A DNA stretch of 64,000 bases from Escherichia coli (lineage in GTDB: Bacteria > Pseudomonadota > Gammaproteobacteria > Enterobacterales > Enterobacteriaceae), in assembly GCF_048403405.1 (NCBI RefSeq), contig NZ_CP183129.1, one strand, 5' to 3'. Below are positions 1 to 17,138 of the stretch, piece by piece. The notes beneath the pieces are model-generated. The model was given only the letters and a program-made list of their open reading frames with translations, was not told the origin of the DNA and did no database searches. Position 1 is the stretch's first letter; each line of letters begins with the position of its first letter. The translations under genes and the position numbers were made by a program.

Positions 1-118
1 CACCGCCGCGTGGATGAACAAAGTGGTCGAAAAATGCATCATGATGGCACCAGAGCAGTATATGTGGTTACACCGTCGCTTTAAAACACGCCCGGAAGGC
101 GTTCCTTCACGCTATTAA
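1..118 (+). CDS. lpxL: Lipid A lauroyl acyltransferase, 3' end only (5' part lies outside the window)
   Basis: In-frame translation ends ...[24 protein letters not shown] with stop at 116-118, matching the recalled LpxL C-terminus; followed by mdtG as in E. coli. Confidence 0.8.
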
Positions 119-125
119 ATCTCCC

Positions 126-156
126 ATGCCGGATGCTTCAGAAGGGCATCCGGCAT
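126..156. repeat. Palindrome atgccggatgc...gcatccggcat downstream of lpxL (REP-like or weak terminator hairpin)
   Basis: Perfect 11-bp inverted repeat with 9-nt loop read directly; no strong T-run on + strand. Confidence 0.35.
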
Positions 157-289
157 TCCCACAGCAAATCCTCCTGATTTAGCGATAAAAGCTCTCTGGA
201 TTGCGCCCCCTGGAAGTCGGGCGCATAATTAGTGTGCTTATCTTTTCTTCTTATGTTCACCGCGCCTGGCGCACCAACAGCGGATTGCT

Positions 290-1516
290 ATGTCACCCTG
301 TGAAAATGACACCCCTATAAACTGGAAACGAAACCTGATCGTCGCCTGGCTAGGCTGTTTTCTTACCGGTGCCGCCTTCAGTCTGGTAATGCCCTTCTTA
401 CCCCTCTACGTTGAGCAGCTTGGCGTTACCGGTCACTCCGCCCTGAATATGTGGTCCGGTATTGTCTTCAGCATTACATTTTTATTTTCGGCCATCGCCT
501 CACCGTTTTGGGGTGGACTCGCCGACCGTAAAGGCCGAAAACTCATGCTATTACGCTCTGCCCTCGGCATGGGCATCGTGATGGTGTTGATGGGGCTGGC
601 ACAAAATATCTGGCAGTTTTTGATCCTGCGGGCGCTTCTTGGGTTACTTGGCGGATTTGTCCCCAACGCTAATGCTCTTATCGCCACACAAGTACCGCGT
701 AATAAAAGCGGCTGGGCGCTGGGTACGCTCTCCACAGGCGGCGTTAGCGGTGCGTTGCTCGGCCCAATGGCTGGCGGCCTGCTCGCCGATAGCTACGGCT
801 TACGTCCGGTATTCTTTATTACCGCCAGTGTGCTCATACTCTGCTTTTTCGTCACCCTGTTTTGCATCAGAGAAAAATTCCAGCCGGTCAGCAAAAAAGA
901 GATGCTGCACATGCGTGAAGTGGTGACATCACTTAAAAACCCGAAACTGGTACTCAGCCTGTTTGTCACCACGTTAATCATCCAGGTGGCAACGGGCTCA
1001 ATTGCCCCCATTCTGACGCTGTATGTCCGCGAACTGGCGGGTAACGTCAGTAACGTCGCCTTTATCAGTGGCATGATCGCCTCGGTGCCAGGCGTAGCTG
1101 CTCTGCTGAGTGCACCACGACTCGGCAAACTTGGCGATCGAATCGGCCCCGAAAAGATCCTGATTACGGCGCTGATCTTTTCTGTACTGCTGTTGATCCC
1201 AATGTCATACGTTCAGACGCCATTACAACTTGGGATTTTACGTTTTTTGCTCGGTGCCGCCGATGGTGCACTACTCCCCGCCGTACAGACACTGTTGGTT
1301 TACAACTCGAGCAACCAAATAGCCGGGCGTATCTTCAGCTATAACCAGTCGTTTCGTGATATTGGAAACGTTACCGGACCATTGATGGGAGCCGCGATTT
1401 CAGCGAACTACGGTTTCAGAGCGGTATTTCTCGTCACCGCTGGCGTAGTGTTATTCAACGCTGTCTATTCATGGAACAGTCTACGTCGTCGTCGAATACC
1501 CCAGGTATCGAACTGA
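290..1516 (+). CDS. mdtG: MFS multidrug efflux transporter MdtG (YceE), 408 aa
   Basis: Track ORF of 408 aa with hydrophobic 12-TMS-like profile and MFS motif [10 protein letters not shown]; matches recalled MdtG; synteny. Confidence 0.9.
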
Positions 1517-1598
1517 TTTTTCGCCTTTCATACTTGCAAAAGCGGAGAATCAGCTATCCTTTTCCCTGAAACCTCATCAACTCAAAGGGAGAATCGTG

Positions 1599-1973
1599 AT
1601 GACCATGTACGCAACGCTTGAAGAAGCCATTGACGCTGCACGCGAAGAATTTCTTGCAGACAACCCCGGCATCGACGCCGAAGACGCGAATGTGCAACAG
1701 TTCAATGCCCAAAAATACGTTTTGCAGGACGGCGACATCATGTGGCAAGTTGAGTTTTTTGCCGACGAAGGGGAAGAAGGTGAATGTTTACCTATGCTTA
1801 GCGGTGAAGCCGCGCAAAGTGTCTTTGATGGCGACTATGATGAGATAGAGATCCGCCAGGAGTGGCAGGAAGAGAATACATTACATGAATGGGACGAGGG
1901 GGAATTTCAGCTTGAGCCACCGCTGGATACCGAGGAAGGACGCGCAGCAGCTGATGAGTGGGATGAACGTTAA
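1599..1973 (+). CDS. msyB: Acidic protein MsyB, 124 aa
   Basis: Highly acidic ORF MTMYATLEEAIDAAREEFLADNPGIDAED...; second Met of track ORF gives 124 aa. Confidence 0.9.
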   Translation: MTMYATLEEAIDAAREEFLADNPGIDAEDANVQQFNAQKYVLQDGDIMWQVEFFADEGEEGECLPMLSGEAAQSVFDGDYDEIEIRQEWQEENTLHEWDEGEFQLEPPLDTEEGRAAADEWDER

Positions 1974-2201
1974 TTACTCATACGGGCCATGATGAATGTC
2001 GATCGGCAGCAGTAAAGTATCAAAAACCAGGGAGAATGGCAGATCAAGGATTGTGACATAACGCCAGGCGGAGTCACGCACATCCCATTGCACACCGGGA
2101 TAATATTGGTTGCCATGCCCCTGCCCCGGTATAGTGCGACTAATAATGCTGCCACAGCCACTCAGCAAGGTCACCATGATGCTCACCACAATTAAACGCA
2201 T
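1974..2201 (-). CDS. yceK: Lipoprotein YceK, 75 aa
   Basis: 75-aa ORF with lipobox LLSGC; convergent with msyB; synteny. Confidence 0.85.
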   Translation of the reverse strand: MRLIVVSIMVTLLSGCGSIISRTIPGQGHGNQYYPGVQWDVRDSAWRYVTILDLPFSLVFDTLLLPIDIHHGPYE

Positions 2202-2221
2202 TTGATACCTCTTCCGTAAAA

Positions 2222-2252
2222 AAATACCGGCATAACGCCGGTATTTTTATTG
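2222..2252. terminator. Bidirectional intrinsic terminator hairpin (ataccggc-ataac-gccggtat) with A-run/T-run on both sides
   Basis: GC stem with flanking aaaaaaaa (T8 on minus strand) and ttttatt; lies downstream of opgH on minus strand. Confidence 0.6.
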
Positions 2253-2269
2253 GCTCGTTGTTTTTGCCA

Positions 2270-2370
2270 GATGTGGCGTGAACGCCTTATCCGACCTACA
2301 AAATCTTGCAAAATCAACACATTGCAGGAGCGATGTAGGCCTGATAAGCGTAGCGCATCAGGCAACTACG
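2270..2370. repeat. REP (repetitive extragenic palindromic) elements
   Basis: Motifs gcgtgaacgccttatccgacctac and gtaggcctgataagcgtagcgcatcaggc typical of E. coli REP units. Confidence 0.6.
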
Positions 2371-2373
2371 TTT

Positions 2374-6556
<4,183 letters not shown>

Positions 6557-6838
6557 TCAGCACGCTGGCTCATGGATTAAGCACCTGATTGCAACCGTTT
6601 TCACTTTCCGTGCTTCTCCTAAAGACAGAAGCATCGACTTCGTGTAGGGTTTGCCAGCAAATTTATTTATCAACCGTCTTACAGACGCTTCCATTCTGGT
6701 TAGTGGTAGCGATGATGCTATGCATAAAAACCTTGAAGCCTGCGCCTGGCGCGGTCAGGTCGGTGTCGCTATGGCAACAAGCCTAAAGGCATAACCCGAC
6801 AGGGATAAGACGAAAAATCCGAGATTAGTTAACCATAT

Positions 6839-7996
6839 ATGAATCCAGTACCCGCGCAACGTGAATATTTCCTCGACTCCATCCGCGCCTGGCTGATGTT
6901 GTTAGGGATCCCTTTTCATATTTCTTTAATCTATTCGAGCCATACATGGCATGTGAATAGCGCCGAACCGTCATTATGGCTGACCCTTTTTAATGACTTC
7001 ATCCACTCGTTCCGCATGCAGGTATTTTTCGTTATATCCGGGTACTTTTCCTACATGCTTTTTTTACGCTATCCCTTGAAAAAATGGTGGAAAGTACGTG
7101 TCGAACGTGTAGGTATCCCGATGTTAACAGCCATCCCCCTACTGACATTGCCGCAATTTATTATGCTGCAATACGTCAAAGGGAAAGCGGAAAGTTGGCC
7201 TGGACTGTCATTGTATGACAAATATAATACGTTGGCCTGGGAATTAATATCACACCTGTGGTTTTTACTGGTGTTAGTGGTCATGACGACGCTGTGCGTC
7301 TGGATATTCAAACGTATCAGAAATAATTTAGAAAATTCTGATAAAACGAATAAAAAATTCTCGATGGTAAAACTATCGGTGATTTTTTTGTGCCTCGGCA
7401 TCGGTTATGCGGTAATAAGAAGAACAATTTTTATTGTGTATCCGCCCATTCTGAGTAACGGCATGTTCAATTTTATTGTCATGCAAACGCTATTTTATTT
7501 GCCGTTCTTTATCCTCGGCGCACTGGCTTTCATTTTCCCTCATCTTAAAGCCTTGTTTACCACGCCGTCTCGTGGCTGTACCTTCGCAGCAGCATTGGCA
7601 TTTGTCGCTTACTTACTCAACCAGCGCTATGGCAGTGGCGATGCCTGGATGTACGAAACCGAGTCTGTGATCACCATGGTCCTCGGTCTGTGGATGGTGA
7701 ATGTGGTCTTCTCCTTCGGCCACCGTTTGCTTAACTTCCAGTCAGCGCGGGTGACTTACTTTGTTAATGCATCGCTGTTTATCTATCTGGTTCACCACCC
7801 GTTAACGCTGTTTTTCGGCGCGTACATTACACCGCACATCACCTCCAACTGGCTTGGTTTTCTCTGTGGCCTGATATTCGTAGTAGGGATTGCGATAATT
7901 CTGTATGAAATTCATTTACGCATCCCGTTACTGAAGTTTTTGTTCTCTGGTAAACCGGTTGTTAAGCGTGAGAACGATAAAGCACCAGCCCGTTAA
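6839..7996 (+). CDS. opgC: OPG succinyltransferase OpgC (MdoC), 385 aa, acyltransferase-3 family membrane protein
   Basis: 385-aa polytopic membrane ORF divergent from opgGH; matches recalled OpgC. Confidence 0.9.
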   Translation: MNPVPAQREYFLDSIRAWLMLLGIPFHISLIYSSHTWHVNSAEPSLWLTLFNDFIHSFRMQVFFVISGYFSYMLFLRYPLKKWWKVRVERVGIPMLTAIPLLTLPQFIMLQYVKGKAESWPGLSLYDKYNTLAWELISHLWFLLVLVVMTTLCVWIFKRIRNNLENSDKTNKKFSMVKLSVIFLCLGIGYAVIRRTIFIVYPPILSNGMFNFIVMQTLFYLPFFILGALAFIFPHLKALFTTPSRGCTFAAALAFVAYLLNQRYGSGDAWMYETESVITMVLGLWMVNVVFSFGHRLLNFQSARVTYFVNASLFIYLVHHPLTLFFGAYITPHITSNWLGFLCGLIFVVGIAIILYEIHLRIPLLKFLFSGKPVVKRENDKAPAR

Positions 7997-8003
7997 GCCG
8001 CGT

Positions 8004-8733
8004 TTACAATAACCATTCCACAGGCAATATCGACGCCAGTCTGACCATAACCCGCTTCCAGAAACTGGTGGCGGGTTCTTTTTTGAGAACAATCTCTTTC
8101 TTTGCATGACGATCAACCCAGTTGATCCGTCCCCACCTGTCCAGACGGAGCTGCCAGGCCGCATCATACTGGCTCTGAATAAAGCGTTTATCAATTAACT
8201 GTGCCAGCGTTTCGCTCTCTATCACGAAACCCATTTCAGTATTGAGCAATGTTGAACGCGGATCGAAATTGAAAGAGCCGATAAACACCGTTTTACCATC
8301 GATGCTAAAGGTTTTAGCATGCAGGCTGGCACCGGAATTACCGGTTATGCCGCGATCGTGTAACGTACTACTTTGTTCACGCGTCGGCTTGAGTTCATAT
8401 AATTCCACGCCGTAGCGGAGCAATTTTTTGCGCCAGCGTGCGTATCCGGCATGGACGACAGCAACATCGTTAGCGGCAAGAGAATTGGTTAGGATCGCAA
8501 TCTTTACCCCTTTTCTCACCATCCGTAAGAGTTGCGCCACACCTGCGCGTGTCGGTACAAAATAGGCAGAGATAATATCGATGCGTTCACTGGGTGAGCC
8601 CATGATATCGAACAGGCGCTGCGGTAACAGTGAATGCCGTTTTGCCTTGCCCTCCCCTTTCGCCGGATCATCACTTAATAAACGTGTTTTCGCCCAGATA
8701 AGCGGCAACGTTCCATCAACCAGATGATTTATA
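8004..8733 (-). pseudogene. clsC: clsC (ymdC) 3' fragment: C-terminal PLD domain of cardiolipin synthase C, separated from its 5' part by the ISEcp1-bla insertion
   Basis: Contains second HKD motif HAKTFSIDGKTVFIGSFNFD; reading frame continues through 8709-8733 (TLPLIW... preceded by NHLVDGT) up to the ISEcp1 left end. Confidence 0.9.
8729..8733. repeat. Target-site duplication TTATA (left copy)
   Basis: 5 bp immediately left of ISEcp1 IRL; identical 5 bp immediately right of the truncated IS903 end at 11773-11777. Confidence 0.8.
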
Positions 8734-8919
8734 CCTAGATTCTACGTCAGTACTTCAAAAAGCATAATCAAAGCCTTGATAAATATGCATTCCTTCGAAA
8801 TTCAGCTTTCACCCATTGGGTGAAAGAAAAGTGCTCAAAAATATGTTAAATTATCAGCTTTTATGACTCGATATATGGTAAAATAATAGTAAGAAAAGTA
8901 GTAAAAAGGGGTTCTAATT

Positions 8920-10182
8920 ATGATTAATAAAATTGATTTCAAAGCTAAGAATCTAACATCAAATGCAGGTCTTTTTCTGCTCCTTGAGAATGCAAAAAGC
9001 AATGGGATTTTTGATTTTATTGAAAATGACCTCGTATTTGATAATGACTCAACAAATAAAATCAAGATGAATCATATAAAGACCATGCTCTGCGGTCACT
9101 TCATTGGCATTGATAAGTTAGAACGTCTAAAGCTACTTCAAAATGATCCCCTCGTCAACGAGTTTGATATTTCCGTAAAAGAACCTGAAACAGTGTCACG
9201 GTTTCTAGGAAACTTCAACTTCAAGACAACCCAAATGTTTAGAGACATTAATTTTAAAGTCTTTAAAAAACTGCTCACTAAAAGTAAATTGACATCCATT
9301 ACGATTGATATTGATAGTAGTGTAATTAACGTAGAAGGTCATCAAGAAGGTGCGTCAAAAGGATATAATCCTAAGAAACTGGGAAACCGATGCTACAATA
9401 TCCAATTTGCATTTTGCGACGAATTAAAAGCATATGTTACCGGATTTGTAAGAAGTGGCAATACTTACACTGCAAACGGTGCTGCGGAAATGATCAAAGA
9501 AATTGTTGCTAACATCAAATCAGACGATTTAGAAATTTTATTTCGAATGGATAGTGGCTACTTTGATGAAAAAATTATCGAAACGATAGAATCTCTTGGA
9601 TGCAAATATTTAATTAAAGCCAAAAGTTATTCTACACTCACCTCACAAGCAACGAATTCATCAATTGTATTCGTTAAAGGAGAAGAAGGTAGAGAAACTA
9701 CAGAACTGTATACAAAATTAGTTAAATGGGAAAAAGACAGAAGATTTGTCGTATCTCGCGTACTGAAACCAGAAAAAGAAAGAGCACAATTATCACTTTT
9801 AGAAGGTTCCGAATACGACTACTTTTTCTTTGTAACAAATACTACCTTGCTTTCTGAAAAAGTAGTTATATACTATGAAAAGCGTGGTAATGCTGAAAAC
9901 TATATCAAAGAAGCCAAATACGACATGGCGGTGGGTCATCTCTTGCTAAAGTCATTTTGGGCGAATGAAGCCGTGTTTCAAATGATGATGCTTTCATATA
10001 ACCTATTTTTGTTGTTCAAGTTTGATTCCTTGGACTCTTCAGAATACAGACAGCAAATAAAGACCTTTCGTTTGAAGTATGTATTTCTTGCAGCAAAAAT
10101 AATCAAAACCGCAAGATATGTAATCATGAAGTTGTCGGAAAACTATCCGTACAAGGGAGTGTATGAAAAATGTCTGGTATAA
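8920..10182 (+). CDS. tnpA: ISEcp1 transposase, 420 aa
   Basis: 420-aa ORF MINKIDFKAKNLTSNAGLFLLLENAKSNGIFDF... matching recalled ISEcp1 Tnp; AT-rich codon usage unlike flanking chromosome. Confidence 0.92.
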   Translation: MINKIDFKAKNLTSNAGLFLLLENAKSNGIFDFIENDLVFDNDSTNKIKMNHIKTMLCGHFIGIDKLERLKLLQNDPLVNEFDISVKEPETVSRFLGNFNFKTTQMFRDINFKVFKKLLTKSKLTSITIDIDSSVINVEGHQEGASKGYNPKKLGNRCYNIQFAFCDELKAYVTGFVRSGNTYTANGAAEMIKEIVANIKSDDLEILFRMDSGYFDEKIIETIESLGCKYLIKAKSYSTLTSQATNSSIVFVKGEEGRETTELYTKLVKWEKDRRFVVSRVLKPEKERAQLSLLEGSEYDYFFFVTNTTLLSEKVVIYYEKRGNAENYIKEAKYDMAVGHLLLKSFWANEAVFQMMMLSYNLFLLFKFDSLDSSEYRQQIKTFRLKYVFLAAKIIKTARYVIMKLSENYPYKGVYEKCLV

Positions 10183-10285
10183 TAAGAATATCATCAATAA
10201 AATTGAGTGTTGCTCTGTGGATAACTTGCAGAGTTTATTAAGTATCATTGCAGCAAAGATGAAATCAATGATTTATCAAAAATGA

Positions 10286-10315
10286 TTGAAAGGTGGTTGT
10301 AAATAATGTTACAAT
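10286..10315 (+). promoter_or_regulatory. ISEcp1-borne outward promoter driving blaCTX-M (-35 TTGAAA, 18-bp spacer, -10 TACAAT)
   Basis: Hexamers read at 10286-10291 and 10310-10315 just inside the ISEcp1 right end, about 120 bp upstream of bla ATG. Confidence 0.7.
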
Positions 10316-10413
10316 GTGTGAGAAGCAGTCTAAATTCTTCGTGAAATAGTGATTTTTGAAGCTAATAAAAAACACACGTGGAATTTAGGGAATACTGATG
10401 TAACACGGATTGA

Positions 10414-11307
<894 letters not shown>

Positions 11308-11772
11308 CTGGTTTTGTTGAATAAATCGAACTTTTGCTGAGTTGAAGGATCAGATCACGTATCTTCCCGACAACGCAGACCGTTCCGTGGCAAAGCAAAA
11401 GTTCAAAATCACCAACTGGCCCACCTACAATAAAGCCCTCATCAACCGTGGCTCCATAACTTTCTGGCTGGATGATGAAGCTATTCAGGCCTGGTATGAG
11501 TCAGCAACACCTTCTTCACGAGGCAGACCTCAGCGCTATTCTGACCTTGCCATCACGACTGTGCTGGTCATTAAACGCGTATTCAGGCTGACCCTGCGCG
11601 CTGCGCAGGGCTTTATTGATTCCATTTTTTCTCTGATGAACGTTCCGCTACGCTGCCCGGATTACAGCTGTGTCAGCAGGCGGGCAAAGTCGGTTAATAT
11701 CAGTTTCAAAACGCCCACCCGGGGTGAAATCGCACACCTGGTAATTGATTCCACCGGGCTGAAGGTCTTCGG
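11308..11772 (+). mobile_element. IS903 (IS5 family) 5' fragment, truncated after ~465 bp
   Basis: Starts right after bla stop with IS903-like terminal IR ggttttgttgaataaatcg; encodes transposase N-terminus up to ...LVIDSTGLKVFG, then sequence switches to clsC. Confidence 0.8.
11342..11772 (+). pseudogene. Truncated IS903 transposase (N-terminal ~143 aa of ~307)
   Basis: MKDQITYLPDNADRSVAKQKFKITNWPTYNKALINRGS... matches recalled IS903 Tnp; track ORF 11342..11803 reads through into clsC antisense before stopping. Confidence 0.8.
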
Positions 11773-11777
11773 TTATA
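11773..11777. repeat. Target-site duplication TTATA (right copy)
   Basis: Identical to 8729-8733; deleting 8734-11777 restores an in-frame clsC (…SSPFINHLVDGTLPLIWAKTR…). Confidence 0.8.
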
Positions 11778-12478
11778 AACGGACTGGATTCCATTTTGCG
11801 TAAGTAACGATGCGTCATAGCATCGTTATGCCAGGAGGCGGGTAACTCGATGCGATCCGCCATTTCACCTTCCGGGACATCCAGCACCTGCTGTAGGGGT
11901 GAAACCGATTTGCAATACCAGTAGCGGGCGAAATCATCGGCAACGTCCTCTACAACTGGTCCTATTGCCATGACATCTAAATCCGAAAAAAGTGGCTCTT
12001 CCCCTGCACCAAAATAGGCATCACCAATATTTCGCCCCCCTACCAGCGTCACCACGCCATCGACAGTGAAACTTTTATTGTGCATACGGCGATTGAGACG
12101 GGAAAAGTCGGTGATATAACCAAGCGGACGTAGCAAGCGAAACGAGAAAGGATTAAAAAGCCGGACTTCAATGCGGGGATGACTGTCAAGCAAGCGTAAA
12201 ATGTCGTCAAGTCCGGGTGTATTGTTGTCGTCCAGCAACAAACGGACGCGAACGCCACGCTTTGCTGCGGCTAACAGGGCGGAAAACAGTAATCGACCCG
12301 ACATATCGTCCTGCCAGATGTAATACTGAACATCCAGCGTATGCTCTGCCATTTCGGCCAGACGATACCGGGCGGCAAACGCATCCAGACTTTTCTCCAG
12401 AGGAAAAAGGCCACACTGACCGGGATGTTGCGAACACAGTGGCAGCACCGCGCTCGCCAGCCGGGGCAAATCATTCAT
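11773..12478 (-). pseudogene. clsC: clsC (ymdC) 5' fragment: N-terminal PLD domain of cardiolipin synthase C
   Basis: Contains first HKD motif HNKSFTVDG; native frame ends ...RKMESSPFI then runs 41 codons into IS903-derived sequence before a stop; start position approximate (MNDLPRLAS...). Confidence 0.88.
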
Positions 12479-13004
12479 CTCCTTGTTGAGTAAGGAGTCT
12501 TTCGTAGAGGTGGGCGTTTTCTTCATCATAACAGACAAAGTATACCTGTTCGGGTAAAGCGTGACGGGTAATAAATTCTGAAACGGTTTTTACTGCGATT
12601 TCAGCCGCTGCCGCACGAGGGTAACCATAAACCCCAGTACAAATTGCAGGAAAAGCCACTGACGTATAGCTGTTTGCCGCCACCAGTCGTAGGCTATTGA
12701 GATAGGCATCCTGCAAAAGCTGGTCTTCGTTCTGTTCACCACCACGCCAGACTGGCCCGACGGTGTGCACTACGGCTTTAGCGGGAAGATCGCCTGCAAG
12801 CGTAATAACGGCATGCCCCGTAGGGCAATCGCCCTGCTGTTGCCTGACTTTTAAACAGGCATCCAGCAGCGCCGGACCCGCTGCGCGATGAATGGCCCCA
12901 TCGACGCCGCCGCCTCCCATTAATGACGGATTAGCCGCATTCACAATCACATCAACGGCCAGTTTGGTAATATCACCCTGCACAACATGAATACGCGTTT
13001 TCAT
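12471..13004 (-). CDS. ymdB: Macrodomain O-acetyl-ADP-ribose deacetylase YmdB, 177 aa
   Basis: 177-aa [46 protein letters not shown]... with macro-domain motifs. Confidence 0.92.
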   Translation of the reverse strand: MKTRIHVVQGDITKLAVDVIVNAANPSLMGGGGVDGAIHRAAGPALLDACLKVRQQQGDCPTGHAVITLAGDLPAKAVVHTVGPVWRGGEQNEDQLLQDAYLNSLRLVAANSYTSVAFPAICTGVYGYPRAAAAEIAVKTVSEFITRHALPEQVYFVCYDEENAHLYERLLTQQGDE

Positions 13005-13098
13005 AACGCCTCCTTACACCTTCTTGTTTCTTAAGTGTACAGCAGGCTTTTTGGTTAAATCGCATTTTTCTGCTCAGCAAGGTGAGTTGTTCAGAAAC

Positions 13099-13478
<380 letters not shown>

Positions 13479-13479
13479 C

Positions 13480-13863
<384 letters not shown>

Positions 13864-13871
13864 ATTCTTCT

Positions 13872-13901
13872 CCCGAAAAAAAACAGGGCTTGCGCCCTGT
13901 T
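13872..13901 (-). terminator. Intrinsic terminator after csgA (hairpin aaacagggc-ttgc-gccctgttt plus T-run on minus strand)
   Basis: GC hairpin followed on the minus strand by tttttttt; sits between csgA and csgC. Confidence 0.6.
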
Positions 13902-13920
13902 TCTTTAATACAGATGTGTA

Positions 13921-14376
13921 TTAGTACTGATGAGCGGTCGCGTTGTTACCAAAGCCAACCTGAGTGACGTTAACGCTGGAGTTAGATGCAGTCTGGTCAA
14001 CAGCAGCACCGTTACCGCCACCGAACTGTTTAACAGTCATAGTAGAATCTTTACCATTCCACTGATCAAGAGTAGCGCTGTTGCCGAAACCACGCTGAGT
14101 CAGATCGATTGAGCTGTCATCAGAACCTTGGCCAACATCTGCACCGTTACCGCCGCCGTGCTGGGTAATGGTCAGATCAGAGTTACGGGCGTCAGCTTGC
14201 AGAGCAAGTGCAGAGTTACCGCCACCGTACTGGTAAATGTTCAGCTCTGAATTTGGGCCGCTATTATTACCGCCACCACCGTGGTTACCGCCGCCGCCGT
14301 ACTGAGGAACAACACCTGCCAGAGCGCTACCAGAGAATACGATTGCTGCAATTGCTGCTACTTTTAAAAGTTTCAT
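13921..14376 (-). CDS. csgA: Major curlin subunit CsgA, 151 aa
   Basis: Gly/Asn/Gln-rich repeats (SxxxxxQxGxGNxA) and signal peptide MKLLKVAAIAAIVFSGSALA. Confidence 0.95.
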   Translation of the reverse strand: MKLLKVAAIAAIVFSGSALAGVVPQYGGGGNHGGGGNNSGPNSELNIYQYGGGNSALALQADARNSDLTITQHGGGNGADVGQGSDDSSIDLTQRGFGNSATLDQWNGKDSTMTVKQFGGGNGAAVDQTASNSSVNVTQVGFGNNATAHQY

Positions 14377-14416
14377 GTAAAACCCCCATCGGATTGATTT
14401 AAAAGTCGAATGGAAA

Positions 14417-14872
14417 TTAACGTTGTGTCACGCGAATAGCCATTTGCGACTGTCTCTGCACTACAATTGCCGTTTTTTGAGTACCATACTGTGTAATATT
14501 TGCTTTATTACCAGAACCTTTCTGGATAATCATCGCAGTATTACCATAAGCACCTTGCGAAATACTGGCATCGTTGGCACTGCCCGCCTGATCAATATAT
14601 GCAAGGTTATAATCTCCTGTCTGGTCAATCTTTGCCCGATTGCTACTACCTTCTTGCGCAACAACCGCCAAAAGTTTTGAGCCTCCCTGCCGTAACTGAG
14701 CACTATTATTAGTCCCAGCTTGACCAATTATGGCTGCCTGATTAAATGAAGACTTACTCAATTCATTTACCGCGAAGTTATATTCTGAATTAGCTAAATC
14801 ATAACCTGCTGCGGCTGCAATCCCAGGCGCACCCAGTATTGTTAACATCATAAATAACAATTTGTTTTTCAT
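14417..14872 (-). CDS. csgB: Minor curlin nucleator CsgB, 151 aa
   Basis: Track ORF 160 aa; start at MKNKLLFMMLTILGAPGIAAA gives 151 aa; curlin repeats. Confidence 0.93.
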   Translation of the reverse strand: MKNKLLFMMLTILGAPGIAAAAGYDLANSEYNFAVNELSKSSFNQAAIIGQAGTNNSAQLRQGGSKLLAVVAQEGSSNRAKIDQTGDYNLAYIDQAGSANDASISQGAYGNTAMIIQKGSGNKANITQYGTQKTAIVVQRQSQMAIRVTQR

Positions 14873-15626
14873 GTTGTCACCCTGGACCTGGTCGTACATT
14901 TAAGAAATTAAATCATTTCAACTTGGTTGTTAACGCAACCTGTATTTTGTTAACGCTGCGTTACGATGGAAAGTATGTCTGCGGAAATATTTTTAATAAC
15001 TCACCCGCGCGTCGTATTTTTCTTTTTTTGTTCATACCAAAGTATTAAAACCCACGTAAATACGCTGTTATCTACGCAAAAAAATATTTTGTTTTCTTTT
15101 AAATCTCCGTTTTCCGCAATCAAAAATCACCAGACAGCCATTCTTCTTGCCCGTCGCTGATTGCTGCGATATGTCTTGCGCACAAGCCGTGACAAACCTC
15201 GTCTTTTTGCAGTAAAAAATTGTCCACGGAGGTGTGAAGAAAAAACAACAACGTTTTACATGACGAAAGGACTACACCGAAATATTTTTTATATGCATTA
15301 TTAGTAAGTTAGCACCATTTGTATGATTTTTTAAAATTGTGCAATAAAAACCAAATGTACAACTTTTCTATCATTTCTAAACTTAACAAAACCTTAAGAT
15401 TAACATTTTAATATAACGAGTTACATTTAGTTACATGTTTAACACTTGATTTAAGATTTGTAATGGCTAGATTGAAATCAGATGTAATCCATTAGTTTTA
15501 TATTTTACCCATTTAGGGCTGATTTATTACTACACACAGCAGTGCAACATCTGTCAGTACTTCTGGTGCTTCTATTTTAGAGGCAGCTGTCAGGTGTGCG
15601 ATCAATAAAAAAAGCGGGGTTTCATC
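14873..15626. promoter_or_regulatory. csgBAC/csgDEFG divergent intergenic control region (~750 bp, AT-rich)
   Basis: Long AT-rich non-coding spacer between divergent csgB and csgD; known in E. coli to carry sigma-S promoters and multiple regulator sites; individual sites not mapped here. Confidence 0.7.
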
Positions 15627-16277
<651 letters not shown>

Positions 16278-16281
16278 AGCC

Positions 16282-16671
16282 ATGAAACGTTATTTACGCT
16301 GGATTGTGGCGGCAGAATTTCTGTTCGCCGCAGGGAATCTTCACGCCGTTGAGGTAGAAGTCCCGGGATTGTTAACTGACCATACTGTTTCATCTATTGG
16401 CCATGATTTTTACCGAGCCTTTAGTGATAAATGGGAAAGTGACTATACGGGTAACTTAACGATTAATGAAAGGCCCAGTGCACGATGGGGAAGCTGGATC
16501 ACTATAACGGTCAATCAGGACGTTATTTTCCAGACTTTTTTATTCCCGTTGAAAAGAGACTTCGAAAAAACTGTCGTCTTTGCACTGATTCAAACTGAAG
16601 AAGCACTAAATCGTCGCCAGATAAATCAGGCGTTATTAAGTACGGGCGATTTGGCGCATGATGAATTCTAA
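16282..16671 (+). CDS. csgE: Curli secretion specificity factor CsgE, 129 aa
   Basis: 129-aa secreted ORF immediately after csgD. Confidence 0.92.
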
Positions 16672-16695
16672 ATAAAAAATTGTTCGGAGGCTGCA

Positions 16696-17112
16696 ATGCG
16701 TGTCAAACATGCAGTAGTTCTACTCATGCTTATTTCGCCATTAAGTTGGGCTGGAACAATGACTTTTCAGTTCCGTAATCCAAACTTTGGTGGTAACCCC
16801 AATAATGGCGCTTTTTTATTAAATAGCGCCCAGGCCCAAAACTCGTATAAAGATCCGAGCTATAACGATGACTATGGTATTGAAACACCCTCAGCGTTAG
16901 ATAACTTTACTCAGGCCATCCAGTCACAAATTTTAGGTGGGCTACTGTCGAATATTAATACCGGTAAACCGGGCCGCATGGTGACCAACGATTATATTGT
17001 TGATATTGCTAACCGCGATGGTCAATTGCAGTTGAACGTGACAGATCGTAAAACCGGACAAACCTCGACCATCCAGGTTTCGGGTTTACAAAATAACTCA
17101 ACCGATTTTTAA
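16696..17112 (+). CDS. csgF: Curli assembly component CsgF, 138 aa
   Basis: 138-aa secreted ORF in csgDEFG. Confidence 0.92.
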   Translation: MRVKHAVVLLMLISPLSWAGTMTFQFRNPNFGGNPNNGAFLLNSAQAQNSYKDPSYNDDYGIETPSALDNFTQAIQSQILGGLLSNINTGKPGRMVTNDYIVDIANRDGQLQLNVTDRKTGQTSTIQVSGLQNNSTDF

Positions 17113-17138
17113 GCCCCAGCTTCATAAGGAAAATAATC

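Larger units (their letters stand above)
8734..10389 (+). mobile_element. ISEcp1 (IS1380 family), complete 1656 bp
   Basis: Left IR CCTAGATTCTACGTCAGTACTTCA at 8734, right IR ...ACACACGTGGAATTTAGG ending 10389; length equals the canonical ISEcp1 size; encodes 420-aa transposase. Confidence 0.92.

Noticed and set aside
8835-9065. 76-aa minus-strand ORF inside the ISEcp1 left end
   Set aside because: AT-rich antisense frame overlapping the ISEcp1 transposase start region; no support
11648-12538. 296-aa track ORF taken at face value as an intact protein
   Set aside because: Its last 41 codons are antisense IS903 sequence; it is the 5' fragment of interrupted clsC, not a distinct gene
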